Below are positions 18,979 through 28,853 of a stretch of 64,000 nucleotides of DNA, in pieces; within the stretch, counting starts at the first letter, position 1, and each line of letters starts with the position of its first letter. The notes beneath the pieces are model-generated. The model did not search any database, was not told the DNA's origin, and saw only the letters and a program-made list of their open reading frames with translations. The position numbers and the translations under genes were made by a program. This stretch comes from an uncultured Chloroflexia bacterium. Its GTDB lineage: Bacteria > Chloroflexota > Limnocylindria > Limnocylindrales > CSP1-4. The stretch spans positions 384,001-448,000 of the forward strand of contig CAVVCZ010000005.1 in NCBI GenBank assembly GCA_963746845.1, read 5' to 3'.

Positions 18979-20412
18979 ATGGATACCCTCGGCTACATCG
19001 AAGTCCTCGTCCGCATCCTGTGGATCGCGGGCGCCGTCTGCTTCGTCCTCGGCCTCGTCCAGATGAACTCGCCCGCGACGGCGCGGAACGGCAACCTGCT
19101 GTCGGCCGGCGGCATGGCCGTCGCGATCGGCGCGACCGCGGTCCTGATCCTCGCCCGCCAGCTGCTCGGCGAGGGGTTCGTCGCGACGGGCTGGATCATC
19201 ATCCTCATCGGCATCGCGATCGGCGGCGGGCTCGGCCTGTACACCGCGCGGACCGTGAAGATGACCGCGATGCCGCAGCTGGTGTCGCTGTTCAATGCCG
19301 TCGGCGGCGGCGCGGCAGCCCTGATCGCAATCGAGGACTACCTGCGGCTGTCGTCCGCGGGTGCGAACGTCCGGCTCGACACGAACATCTTCATCGTGCT
19401 CGACATCATCATCGGGTCGATCACGTTCTCGGGCTCGCTCATCGCCTCCGGCAAGCTCCAGGGCCTGATCCCGGGCAAGCCGATCATGATCCCGGGCGGC
19501 CGGCTCGTGACCGCGGCGCTCGCCCTGATCACGGTCGTCGCCGCGGTGGTCCTGTTCGCGACGGGCACGCCGAACGTGGCCCTGATGCTCGTGATCCTCG
19601 CGGCCGCCCTCGTCTTCGGCGTGACGATGACCCTGCCGATCGGCGGTGCCGACATGCCCGTCGTCATCAGCCTGCTGAACTCGTTCACGGGCACCGCCGT
19701 CGCGATGGCCGGCTTCGTCATCGACAACCCGGTCCTGATCATCGCCGGCGCCCTCGTCGGCGCGTCCGGCGCGATCCTCACGAAGCTGATGGCCGACGCG
19801 ATGAACCGCTCGGTGCTGAACATCATGATCGGCGGGTTCGGTGGCGGCGACAGCACGGGCGCCGTCGTCGGGGCCGAGGGCGGCTCCGTCCGGGAGATCG
19901 GCGTCGACGATGCCGCGATCCAGCTGGCGTACGCCCAGTCGGTGATCGTCGTCCCGGGCTACGGCCTCGCCGTGGCCCAGGCCCAGCACGCCGTCCGCGA
20001 GCTCGCCGAGCTGCTCGAGAGCCGGGGCGTCGACGTGAAGTATGCGATCCACCCGGTCGCCGGCCGGATGCCGGGACACATGAACGTGCTGCTCGCCGAG
20101 GCCAACGTCCCCTATCCCCAGCTCAAGGAGATGGACGACATCAACCCGGAGTTCGAGCGAGCCGACGTGGCCCTCGTGATCGGCGCAAACGACGTCACCA
20201 ACCCGGCCGCCCGCCGCCCGGGCTCGCCGGTGTCCGGCATGCCGATCCTCGACGTCGACCACGCGAGGTCGATCGTCGTGATCAAGCGCTCGATGGGCAA
20301 GGGCTACGCGGGCATCGACAACGAGCTGTACACGAACCCCAAGACGGGGATGCTCTTCGCCGATGCGAAGGACGGCCTGGCGTCGCTGACGGCGGCGGTC
20401 AAGGCCCTGTAG
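18979..20412 (+). CDS. pntB: NAD(P) transhydrogenase subunit beta
   Basis: MTAMPQLVSLFN, IGGADMPVVISLLNS, HPVAGRMPGHMNVLLAEA. Confidence 0.96.
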   Translation: MDTLGYIEVLVRILWIAGAVCFVLGLVQMNSPATARNGNLLSAGGMAVAIGATAVLILARQLLGEGFVATGWIIILIGIAIGGGLGLYTARTVKMTAMPQLVSLFNAVGGGAAALIAIEDYLRLSSAGANVRLDTNIFIVLDIIIGSITFSGSLIASGKLQGLIPGKPIMIPGGRLVTAALALITVVAAVVLFATGTPNVALMLVILAAALVFGVTMTLPIGGADMPVVISLLNSFTGTAVAMAGFVIDNPVLIIAGALVGASGAILTKLMADAMNRSVLNIMIGGFGGGDSTGAVVGAEGGSVREIGVDDAAIQLAYAQSVIVVPGYGLAVAQAQHAVRELAELLESRGVDVKYAIHPVAGRMPGHMNVLLAEANVPYPQLKEMDDINPEFERADVALVIGANDVTNPAARRPGSPVSGMPILDVDHARSIVVIKRSMGKGYAGIDNELYTNPKTGMLFADAKDGLASLTAAVKAL

Positions 20413-20450
20413 GGGGGCGGCGGTCGGATCGGCCGCCGAGGGGGGGTCCG

Positions 20451-21446
20451 ATGCAGAAGATCCTCAACGACCCGGAGCGGTTCGTCGACGAGATGCTCGC
20501 GGGCATCGTCGCGGCCCACGGGGGCGAGCTGCGCCGGGTGGGGCCGCGGGGGATCGTCCGCACCACCGCCCCGGCGGCCGGCAAGGTCGCGATCGTGACC
20601 GGCGGCGGCTCCGGGCACCTGCCGGTCTTCATGGGCTACGTCGGGAGCGGGCTGCTCGACGGGGCGTCGATCGGCGAGGTCTTCGCGTCGCCGAGCGCCG
20701 ACCAGATGCTCGAGGTCACCGAGGCCGTGTCCGCGGGCCGTGGCGTCCTGTACCTGTACGGGAACTACGGCGGGGACGTGATGAACTTCGACCTCGCCGC
20801 CGAGCTGGCCGGCGCGTCCGGGATCGAGGTCCGGTCGTTCCTGGCCGCCGACGATGTCGCCTCGGCGCCGCCCGAGCGCGCCGATCGCCGGCGCGGGATC
20901 GCCGGGATCTTCCTGCTCTACAAGGTCGCCGGAGCCGCGGCGGACCGCGGGGCCACCCTCGACGAGGTGGTCGCCGTCGTCGCGCGCGCCGCGGACGGCC
21001 TGCGCACGATGGGGGTGGCGCTCTCGCCGTGCACGATCCCGGCGGCCGGCGTCCCGACGTTCGAGCTGCCGGACGGCCAGATGGAGATCGGGATGGGGAT
21101 CCACGGCGAGCCGGGCGTGCGGCGTGGCGCCCTGGAGCCCGCCGACCGCATTGCCGACGAGCTGGTCGAGGCGATCCTCGACGACCGGCCATACGCGCCG
21201 GGCTCGCGGGTCGCGGTGCTGGTCAACGGCCTCGGCGCGACACCGAAGGAGGAGCTGTACATCCTCTACCGGCGCGTGGCCGAGCGACTCGACGAGCGGA
21301 AGCTGGCGGTCCATCGGGTCTGGATCGGCGAGTACGCGACGTCCCTGGAGATGGCCGGGGCATCGGTCAGCATCATGGCCGTCGACGACGAGCTGGCGGC
21401 CCTCCTCGACCATCCCGTCGCGACCCCGTTCGTCGTTCAGGCGTGA
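20451..21446 (+). CDS. dhaK: Dihydroxyacetone kinase substrate-binding subunit DhaK
   Basis: GGGSGH, NYGGDVMNF, GMGIHGEPG, TSLEMAG. Confidence 0.92.
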   Translation: MQKILNDPERFVDEMLAGIVAAHGGELRRVGPRGIVRTTAPAAGKVAIVTGGGSGHLPVFMGYVGSGLLDGASIGEVFASPSADQMLEVTEAVSAGRGVLYLYGNYGGDVMNFDLAAELAGASGIEVRSFLAADDVASAPPERADRRRGIAGIFLLYKVAGAAADRGATLDEVVAVVARAADGLRTMGVALSPCTIPAAGVPTFELPDGQMEIGMGIHGEPGVRRGALEPADRIADELVEAILDDRPYAPGSRVAVLVNGLGATPKEELYILYRRVAERLDERKLAVHRVWIGEYATSLEMAGASVSIMAVDDELAALLDHPVATPFVVQA

Positions 21447-22087
21447 CCGCCGGGCCCACGCTGGGTGACGCCCTCGTCGCGATCGCGGCGGCGCTCGTCG
21501 ACGAGCGTGAGCCGCTGAACCGCCTCGACGGTGTCGCGGGCGATGGCGACCTCGGGTTGACCGCGGGGCGCGCCGCCGACGCCCTGGTGGAGCTCGCTCC
21601 GACGGTCGACGCCATGGACCCGCCCGCCGCCGCGAAGTCGATCGGGATGGCGCTTGCCCGCCGGGCGCCGTCCACCGGCGGCACCCTCATCGCCTTCGCC
21701 TGCCTGGCCGCGGCGAAGGTCGAGCCGATTCCCGGCGCCTCGCCGACCAGGACCCTCGCGGATCTCGTCGAGGCCGCGCGCGACGAGATCGCGACCCGCG
21801 GCAAGGTGGAGCCAGGCGATCGGACGATCCTCGATGCGATCGGCCCGGCCGCGGCAGCGATCCGGGCCGCGGCGGAGGCCCACGCCTCCGTGGCCGAGGC
21901 CCTGGCGAGCGCGGCCGCGGCGGCCGACGACGGGGCGCGTGCGACGACCGGGATGGCGGCAACGACGGGCCGGGCCGGCTGGCTCGCCGACCGGGCGCGC
22001 GGGCACGAGGACGCGGGTGCGCGGCTCGCGGCGATCGTGTTCGCGGCCGCCGCATCGGCCACCCGACCGGCGGATCCCACGTCGTAG
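21443..22087 (+). CDS. dhaL: Dihydroxyacetone kinase DhaL/DAK2 subunit
   Basis: LNRLDGVAGDGDLG, GDRTILDA, GRAGWL...DAGA; GTGA coupling to dhaK. Confidence 0.9.
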   Translation: MTAGPTLGDALVAIAAALVDEREPLNRLDGVAGDGDLGLTAGRAADALVELAPTVDAMDPPAAAKSIGMALARRAPSTGGTLIAFACLAAAKVEPIPGASPTRTLADLVEAARDEIATRGKVEPGDRTILDAIGPAAAAIRAAAEAHASVAEALASAAAAADDGARATTGMAATTGRAGWLADRARGHEDAGARLAAIVFAAAASATRPADPTS

Positions 22088-22141
22088 ACTGCCGTCGTCG
22101 CCCGGGCCGATCGTCCGGGACGGGGGAAGGAGCAGTCCGAC

Positions 22142-22900
22142 GTGTCGTCGTCCGAACCGCCGTCGGGGCCCGCGGGCCCGTCCGAGCCTGAGGTCCCGGC
22201 CACACCACCGGCCGCGGCGGTCCCGCTGCCGGCCATGCCGCCTCCGCCCGCGGCGCCGGCACCCCCGGCCGGCCCGTCGCCGGAGGTCCCTCCGCCGCCT
22301 CCCGGATACCCGGTGAGCGTCGGTGTCCCGCATGACCCGGGTCAGAGCCGGCTGTGGGGCATCCCGCTGATCGGGATCTGGATCCGCGCGATCCTCGTCA
22401 TCCCGCAGGTCATCGTGCTGATCGTCCTGTGGTTGATCGTCGCCGTGCTGTTCCTCGTCAGCTGGATCCCGATCCTGTTCATGGGCCGCCAGGCGGGGTT
22501 CATCTACCAGATGGTCGGCGGCCTCCTCCGCCTGTCGATCCGCACGGCCCTGTACGTGACGCTGATGACCGGGAAGTACCCGCCCTTCGGGCCGGGCGAC
22601 GAGCACGCGATCACCTTGACCTTCGATGAATCCGAGGAACAGAACCGGTTGTGGGGCATCCCGATCATCGGGATCTGGGCCCGGGTCATCCTCCTGATCC
22701 CGCACTTCATCGTGCTCTGGGTGCTCGGGATCGGCGTCGGCCTGATCGCATGGGTGAGCTGGATCCCGGTCCTCGTCAACGGCCGCCAGGCCGATGCGAT
22801 CGTCGACTACGTCAGCGGCGTCTATCGCTGGTCGACGCGCGTCGGCTCCTACGCGTTGCTGTTGACGGGCACGTATCCGCCGTTCCGTCTCGGCGAATAG
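22142..22900 (+). CDS. Membrane protein with two DUF4389-like repeats and Pro-rich N-terminus
   Basis: Repeated RLWGIP(L/I)IGIW...ILxIP...TG(K/T)YPPF; GAAGGAG RBS. Confidence 0.85.
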   Translation: MSSSEPPSGPAGPSEPEVPATPPAAAVPLPAMPPPPAAPAPPAGPSPEVPPPPPGYPVSVGVPHDPGQSRLWGIPLIGIWIRAILVIPQVIVLIVLWLIVAVLFLVSWIPILFMGRQAGFIYQMVGGLLRLSIRTALYVTLMTGKYPPFGPGDEHAITLTFDESEEQNRLWGIPIIGIWARVILLIPHFIVLWVLGIGVGLIAWVSWIPVLVNGRQADAIVDYVSGVYRWSTRVGSYALLLTGTYPPFRLGE

Positions 22901-22925
22901 GGCCGAGTCGCCAGGGCGCCAGGCC

Positions 22926-24041
22926 CTACGCGCTCGGCACGACCGCCGCGGTCCGTGGAACGACGTTCACGTCCGCGATCTCGAGCGGCGCCAGCGTCCC
23001 CAGCGATTCGGCGACCACGACCGCGTCGTCACCCGGCTGAAGGACGAAGTCCGTCTCCGGGTTGACGAACGCGTGTCCCCCGCGGTTGACCGACAGGAGC
23101 GTGGCCCGATGCTCGGACCGCAGGCGGGCCGAGACCTCGTCGATGGTCATCCCACAGTATTCGTCGGGCAGGCTGATCCGGTACAGCTCGGAGCCCTCGC
23201 CACCGGACACGATGTCCGTGATCAGGCCGGTGAGGCCCGGGTAGAGGGCGGATCGCGCCAGCAGGTGCGAGGCGACCTTCGAGGTCACGAGCACCTCGTC
23301 GACCTCGGCGCGCCGGAAGTGCGGCTCGTGGCGCGGGTTGTTGACCTCGGCGACCGTCCGGACGTGGGGGGCGATGTGCTCGATCGCCATGATCGTCAGG
23401 ATCGAGTTCATGTCGGCCGCGTCCGATGAGTCGAACGGGAAGATCAGGGCGGCGGCCGCCTCGGTGATCCCGGCTCGCTCCAGGTCCTCGGCGTTCGTCG
23501 GGTCCCCGCGGACGAAGTACACGCCGTTGCCCGCCGGGTTCTTCTCGACGTCCGCGATCAGGACGACCTTCGACTCGTAGTCGTCGCCTTTCAGCTCGTC
23601 GATCAGGTCGCGGGCGGTCGTGTTCCAGCCGCAGACGATGATGTGGTCCGTGTAGCCCGACGCACCCAAGCCCTGGCCCTCCTTGAGCAGGAAGTCGATG
23701 ACGAGCGCAACCAGCGCCCCGGTGAGCGTCCCGATGATCGCGACGCCGAACAGGCTGAAGAACCAGCCAACGATCCAGCCGACCGGGCTGGTGACATACG
23801 ACGAGTCGCCCTGCCCGAGGATCGTCTGGACGCCCCAGTTCAGCGACGATCCGAGGGAGCTCAGCGTCAGCGGCTTCTCGACGAGCGTGATGAGCAACGC
23901 CGCGACCAGGACGAGGGCGAACGCGCCGAACAGCAGCTGACCGAAGAACCGTCGGTCGACGGCACCGCGAACCCGGGACAGGTGCCAGCCGACGCGCCGG
24001 AAGACGGGGCTGCTGAAGAGTGGGGCGAGGAAGCGCTGCAC
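22926..24041 (-). CDS. 2-TM ion channel with RCK (TrkA-N/TrkA-C) domains
   Basis: TM-pore-TM followed by HIIVCGWN, FVRGDPT, AEVNN; pore reads TILGQGD. Confidence 0.88.
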   Translation of the reverse strand: MQRFLAPLFSSPVFRRVGWHLSRVRGAVDRRFFGQLLFGAFALVLVAALLITLVEKPLTLSSLGSSLNWGVQTILGQGDSSYVTSPVGWIVGWFFSLFGVAIIGTLTGALVALVIDFLLKEGQGLGASGYTDHIIVCGWNTTARDLIDELKGDDYESKVVLIADVEKNPAGNGVYFVRGDPTNAEDLERAGITEAAAALIFPFDSSDAADMNSILTIMAIEHIAPHVRTVAEVNNPRHEPHFRRAEVDEVLVTSKVASHLLARSALYPGLTGLITDIVSGGEGSELYRISLPDEYCGMTIDEVSARLRSEHRATLLSVNRGGHAFVNPETDFVLQPGDDAVVVAESLGTLAPLEIADVNVVPRTAAVVPSA

Positions 24042-24092
24042 GATCGCGCCTCATCGTGCCACAGCCCCGTGACCTCCCGGACCCTCAGCGCG

Positions 24093-24788
24093 TCAGCCGA
24101 TCTCGACCGCCGCCTCCAGCACCTCGACGTCCGGGATCTCCGTGATCGCGTTCAACAGGTCGTCGGTCTGCGTGCCCGGCCGGATCCGGACGTTGAGGTC
24201 GATCTCGTAGTGGTTCTGGTGCGTGCGTTCGGTGCTGATCCCGGTGATCACGATCCCCCGATCGGCGAGCATCTTCGACACCTCGCCGATCGCCTCGAGC
24301 CGCCCAACGGCCAGCCGGAAGCCCACGGCGCGACCGCGCTTCGGGAAGATCCGCCGGACGAGCGCGGGCAGCGGGCCAAGCGAGAAGACGACCAGGCCCG
24401 TCGCGACGATCGCCAGGAACCACTCCCCGACTCCGGCCGCCATGCCGACGGCCGCCGTCACCCACAGGCTCGCGGCCGTCGTGAGCCCGCGGATCGAGGT
24501 GCCGTACTTGATGATCGCTCCGGCGCCCAGGAACCCGATCCCGGTCACGATCTGGGCCGCGACCCGGGACGGATCCACCGGGGCCGTCCCGTCGATTCCG
24601 AGCCCCGTGAAGCCATAGATCGAGAGCACCGTGAACAGCGCGGACCCGAGCGAGACGAGCAGGTGGGTCCGCGTTCCCGCCGGGTGCTCGTGGAACTCGC
24701 GCTCGACCCCGATCGTCGCGCCGAGGGCCGCGGCCAGGAGCAGCCGCAGACCCAGGTCCACCTGGAGCGCGAGATCGACCGATGGCAT
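24093..24788 (-). CDS. MgtC/SapB family protein with ACT-like C-terminus
   Basis: IGVERE...AGTRTHLLVSLGSA, DPSRVAAQIVTGIGFLGAG, GLTTAASLW. Confidence 0.93.
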   Translation of the reverse strand: MPSVDLALQVDLGLRLLLAAALGATIGVEREFHEHPAGTRTHLLVSLGSALFTVLSIYGFTGLGIDGTAPVDPSRVAAQIVTGIGFLGAGAIIKYGTSIRGLTTAASLWVTAAVGMAAGVGEWFLAIVATGLVVFSLGPLPALVRRIFPKRGRAVGFRLAVGRLEAIGEVSKMLADRGIVITGISTERTHQNHYEIDLNVRIRPGTQTDDLLNAITEIPDVEVLEAAVEIG

Positions 24789-24851
24789 GCGGTGCTGCCC
24801 CTCCGGCTCGGACGGAGACTCGAACGTCAGTCTAGGGCGGGACGGTCGCGC

Positions 24852-25358
24852 TCAGTCGTGCGTGTGGTCATGGGGGGAGTCGGGGATGCTGACATCCGCG
24901 ACCCGTGCGCCGAGGCCGGCGATCAGGTCCGCCGGTGCCAGGTGGAGGTTGATCCCGAAGCCGCCGCCGCCGATCGCGACGACCGGCTCCTCGACGATCG
25001 CCGCGTCGGCGATCACCGGCCAGGTGGTCGTCGCCCCGAACGGGGTGATCGTGTAACGCTCGTAACCGGTCACGGCGCGGGCCTCGTCGGCATCGGGGAG
25101 GGTCATCCGCCGGACGCCCAGCACCTCACGAAGCTTCGGCCAGTCGAACCGGCGGCCGGCCGGCACCAGCACGAACAGGTAGTCGCCCTCGCCGCGCCGG
25201 ACGACGATCGTCCGCAGCAGCTGTCGGGTCTCGATCCCCTGGAACACCGCCGACTCCTCGGCCGAGGAGGCGCGCTCCGTCCGCACGACGCGGTGTCGCA
25301 GGCCGGCAGCGCGGACCGCCTCGATCGCGGGCGTCGTCGCCTCCGGTGGGTCGTCCAT
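24852..25358 (-). CDS. YbaK/ProX family aminoacyl-tRNA deacylase
   Basis: SAEESA..., FVLVPAGR, TGYERxTITPFG, AIGGGG; leaderless ATG 6 nt after TACCAT. Confidence 0.85.
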   Translation of the reverse strand: MDDPPEATTPAIEAVRAAGLRHRVVRTERASSAEESAVFQGIETRQLLRTIVVRRGEGDYLFVLVPAGRRFDWPKLREVLGVRRMTLPDADEARAVTGYERYTITPFGATTTWPVIADAAIVEEPVVAIGGGGFGINLHLAPADLIAGLGARVADVSIPDSPHDHTHD

Positions 25359-25429
25359 CGATCGATGGTAGGCGACGCCCGACAGGCCCGCCGCGGCACG
25401 GCCAGGGCTCGGGCTGAGGCCTCGTCTTC

Positions 25430-25770
25430 TCCTCGATCGGCACGGTCTGTGAGGCCGAGTCCTGGACGACCGGCTCATCGGACGACAGCAGCCGGAGGTT
25501 GCCGCGGTGACGTCGTTCGCGGCGCGCTTCGGCGAGACAGGCGTTGACGATGAGTCGATGTGCCCATGCCTCGAACCGATCCGGATCCCGGAGCCGTGGC
25601 AGGTTCTGCCACGCGTCGAGCAGCGCTCGCTGCGTGGCGTCCTCGGCCAGGTACGGGTCACGCAGGAAACGTCGCGCGACCGAGTGGAGGTGGCTGCCCA
25701 CGCGTTCGATCAAGGCGTCGAACGCCGCTTCGTCGCCGCGCATCGCTCGCTCGACGAGTCTTCGCTCCAT
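25430..25770 (-). pseudogene. Truncated ECF sigma-70 factor (region 2 only)
   Basis: MERRLVERAMRGDEAAFDALI...AEDATQ..LLDAWQNLPRLRDPDRFEAWAHRLIVNAC; no region 4 in any frame read; frame runs on over ybaK. End approximate. Confidence 0.75.
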
Positions 25771-25867
25771 CGTTCTCCAACCTGGCCGACCCCGGTCCGG
25801 GAGCGGTTCGGCGAGTATGAGTCGCGGTCGTCGCGAATCATTCAATGCAGATCCGGCGAGCCCCGGA

Positions 25868-27319
25868 TCAGTCGCCGAACGCGACCTCCAGGAACTGGTT
25901 GGCCCAGCGACTCCAGGCGGCGGGACACCGATCGATGACCTGGCCGTGCGCGCCGTTGCCGGTCGTCACCCCGGGGCAGTAGTGGAGCTCCACCGGCACG
26001 CCGGCGGCCAGCGCCGCACGGAAGTTCCGCTCGGCGGCCTGGTCCGGCGGATCGATCCGGTCGGTGGTGCTGTGAAGGAGCAGGACCGGGCGAGCGCCGA
26101 TCTCGGTGATGGTCTTCACGGGGTCGACCGAGCGGACGTCCTCGCCGGCACGCAGCTGGACGCCGGTCAGGATCGCGAACGCGCCGGGCACCGACGGCAG
26201 CCCGTGTTCGGTCTCCAGGACGTTCCCGACGGACAGCTCGATGTTCGCGTGCATCGAGTCGAGGATCAGCGCTCCGATCCGAGGGTCCGTCCGGGCTTCC
26301 GCGAGAACTGCCGCCGCGCCCATCGAGTTGCCCATCGCCGCAATGGCCTTCGGGTGCTTGGTCAACGCAAGCCAGTCGACCATCGCTCGCACGTCCCATT
26401 GCTCGTGCAGTCCGATCGTGACGTCGGCCCCCTCGCTGCGGCCCTGGTCGCGGAGATCGGCGAGCACGAGGTTGTCGTGCTCGTGGAAGGGCGGCGCGTA
26501 CTTGAGCACCTCGCTCTTGTTCGACTTCCAGCCGGGCACGATCACGACCGTGGGAGCCGTCGGGCCGGCGCCGTCCGCGGCGGGGATGTACCAGCCGGCG
26601 AGGCGCACGCCATCCCTGGCCTTCACGGCGTCACCCGCCGGCGTCCCCTGCGACGCGCAGTTGGTCATGTCGGAGTTGGCGGCCACGAGCGCGGCGTCGT
26701 CCGCCTGGTCGTAGTTGATCGCCTCGTAGGTCCACCCGAAGCGGGACATCGGCGTGTCGCACCCCGGCCAGCCCGAAGCGGGATGTGTGTACTCCTGTGA
26801 CCCGATGGCACCGACGTAGGTCGTGAACCCGGTCAGCCCGACCAGCACGATCGCGGCGGCTGCGACCAGGATGATCCGCCCGGTGCGCGACGGCCGACGC
26901 GCGGGTTCGCCGACGGCGGCGCGCGGCCGGTCGCGCCAGACGATCCGGGTCCCGACGGCGAACGTGGCCGCCGTGAGCACGATCCCGATCAGCGCGCCCA
27001 GCACCCAGAACGGACCCTGGTCCCGTGGGAGGCCGAGGGCGATCGCAACCGCGTACGTCGCGATGACGATGACCGGGGCGATCCAGACGAACGCGAGCTC
27101 CCCGGCGATCGACCCGGCAACCAGCCCGGCGACGATCCAGAGCAGCCACGACCAGGGCGACGCACCGAACGCCGCGGTCCCGATCGAGACCACGGCCAGG
27201 CCGACGAGGAACGACGCGACGAGACGCCCCGGCCGAGGCCCGGAGCGCGCGATCGCCGGCGGTACCTGCGGGCCCGCGCCGATCGGGACGGGATCCGACG
27301 GGGTTCCTTCGGAGATCAT
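25868..27319 (-). CDS. Membrane-anchored alpha/beta hydrolase
   Basis: Several N-terminal TMs; DGVRLAGWYIP, DLRDQGRSEG, GNSMG nucleophile, STTDRID, GAHG; GGAGGT RBS. Confidence 0.88.
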   Translation of the reverse strand: MISEGTPSDPVPIGAGPQVPPAIARSGPRPGRLVASFLVGLAVVSIGTAAFGASPWSWLLWIVAGLVAGSIAGELAFVWIAPVIVIATYAVAIALGLPRDQGPFWVLGALIGIVLTAATFAVGTRIVWRDRPRAAVGEPARRPSRTGRIILVAAAAIVLVGLTGFTTYVGAIGSQEYTHPASGWPGCDTPMSRFGWTYEAINYDQADDAALVAANSDMTNCASQGTPAGDAVKARDGVRLAGWYIPAADGAGPTAPTVVIVPGWKSNKSEVLKYAPPFHEHDNLVLADLRDQGRSEGADVTIGLHEQWDVRAMVDWLALTKHPKAIAAMGNSMGAAAVLAEARTDPRIGALILDSMHANIELSVGNVLETEHGLPSVPGAFAILTGVQLRAGEDVRSVDPVKTITEIGARPVLLLHSTTDRIDPPDQAAERNFRAALAAGVPVELHYCPGVTTGNGAHGQVIDRCPAAWSRWANQFLEVAFGD

Positions 27320-27421
27320 CGCGCACCTCCGCTCGTCACGGTGCGCCGGGTGGACCGTTCCGGCATGTCGGGGCGCCGACATCCGGCGCGTCGTCGGAGT
27401 GACGCTCGAGCGGAGGGTCCG

Positions 27422-28168
27422 TTACGGGTCGACGAGCTCCATGCGGATGCGCTTGTTGATCCGGCCCTTCGATTCGTAGCCGGTCACCCGGATCGATCCC
27501 ACCTCGCTCGTGTTCGAGACGTGCGTGCCGCCGTCCGCCTGGAGGTCGAGCCCGACGATCTCGATCGTCCGGATCTCCTCGATCCCCTCGGGGAGCAGGT
27601 TGATCTTCGTGCGGATCAGGTCCGGGATCGCGAACGCCTCGGCGCGGGGCAGGACATTGACCCGGACGTCGCGCTTCGCCGCGAGCTCGGCGTTGACGGT
27701 GGCCTCGATGCCCGAGACCAGGTCGGCGGACATCCGCTCGAACTCGAAGTCCATTCGTCCGCCGCCCGGCTCCATGTTGCCGCCCGTGACCTGGGCGCCG
27801 TGGTCGCGCCAGACGACGCCGCACAGCGCGTGGAGCGCGGTGTGGGTCCGCATCAGCGCATACCGCCGCGCCCAGTCCAGGTCGACCGTGAGCACATCAC
27901 CGCGTGCCGGCGCCCCGTGCTCGGCCGGCTCGAGCTCGTGGACGATGTCGCCACCGGACTTCCGCGCTGCGCGCACGGTCCACGATCGGCCGTCGGCGGT
28001 CCGCAGGAGCAGCCCGCGATCGGACGGCTGGCCACCACCGCCCGGATAGAAGACGGTCCGGTCGAGGACGACCAGCGGCGCCTCGCCGCTCTCGTCGACC
28101 AGCTCGACCCGTGCCTCCAGGGTCCGCGCGTAGGCGTCCCCGTAGCAGAGCTGCCCGCGCGCGTCCAT
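27422..28168 (-). CDS. alaX: AlaX alanyl-tRNA editing protein
   Basis: LDRTVFYPGGGGQPSD, MRTHTALH, QADGGTHV, SKGRINKR. Confidence 0.93.
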   Translation of the reverse strand: MDARGQLCYGDAYARTLEARVELVDESGEAPLVVLDRTVFYPGGGGQPSDRGLLLRTADGRSWTVRAARKSGGDIVHELEPAEHGAPARGDVLTVDLDWARRYALMRTHTALHALCGVVWRDHGAQVTGGNMEPGGGRMDFEFERMSADLVSGIEATVNAELAAKRDVRVNVLPRAEAFAIPDLIRTKINLLPEGIEEIRTIEIVGLDLQADGGTHVSNTSEVGSIRVTGYESKGRINKRIRMELVDP

Positions 28169-28191
28169 CGAGCCTCCGATCGGTCCGCTGC

Positions 28192-28767
28192 CTACTGGGT
28201 GGTCAGCGTCCCGAGCATCGTCGTGGGATGGACGACGCAGAAGTAGGTGTAGGTACCGATCGGCAGGGCGGGGACGCCGTAGTCCCGGGTTCCCGGGCCC
28301 TGGAAGAACGGCGTGTCGCCGGTCAACGCGACGGCTGTCCCGCTCGCGTCCTTCAGCTCCACGTTGTGCGGCGCCTGATTGTCCTGGTTGTCGAAGTGGA
28401 TCGTGAACGGCGTGTTCGCGGCCGTCGAGAGGGTGGTCGGCTGGTAGCCGGACGTCGCCGCGCCCACGGGCGCCGTGATCGTGAGGACGGCACCCGAGGC
28501 CGCTGGGCTGCCACCCGCGGACGGCGCAGTGGACGGCCCGGCCGAGGGCGCCGTGGACGGCGCCGTTGACGGCGCCACCGACGGAGCCGTCGATGGCGCC
28601 GCGGAGGCCGCGCCCGACGCCGCCGGAGATCCGGATGCCGCACCCGAGGGAGCCGGCGTGATCGACGGCGCCGGCGCGTAGGTCCAGCCGGGCGCCGCGC
28701 TCGTGGACGAGCAGGCGGCGAGGGCGGCGGCGAGGATCGGCAGCAGGAGGACGGACAGTCGGCGCAT
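28192..28767 (-). CDS. Cupredoxin (type-1 copper) lipoprotein
   Basis: LAAC lipobox, Ala/Ser/Pro linker, PHN and YFCVVHPTTM copper ligands. Confidence 0.9.
   Translation of the reverse strand: MRRLSVLLLPILAAALAACSSTSAAPGWTYAPAPSITPAPSGAASGSPAASGAASAAPSTAPSVAPSTAPSTAPSAGPSTAPSAGGSPAASGAVLTITAPVGAATSGYQPTTLSTAANTPFTIHFDNQDNQAPHNVELKDASGTAVALTGDTPFFQGPGTRDYGVPALPIGTYTYFCVVHPTTMLGTLTTQ
28520..28610 (-). repeat. Coding 12-bp degenerate tandem repeat (PSTA/PSVA linker)
   Basis: Repeated GACGGCGCCGT(G/T)-like units encoding APST repeats in the cupredoxin. Confidence 0.7.
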
Positions 28768-28853
28768 GACGGCAGGTGACCTCGAATGTTCGTCAGGTGG
28801 TCGGATCGGGGGACGATCCGCTGCGGCGACGGGCGGGTCGCGTGCTGCCGAAT

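Noticed and set aside
27422-28168. AlaX ADGGTH instead of CGGTH as a novelty
   Set aside because: To my knowledge this Asp variant is common among AlaX proteins.
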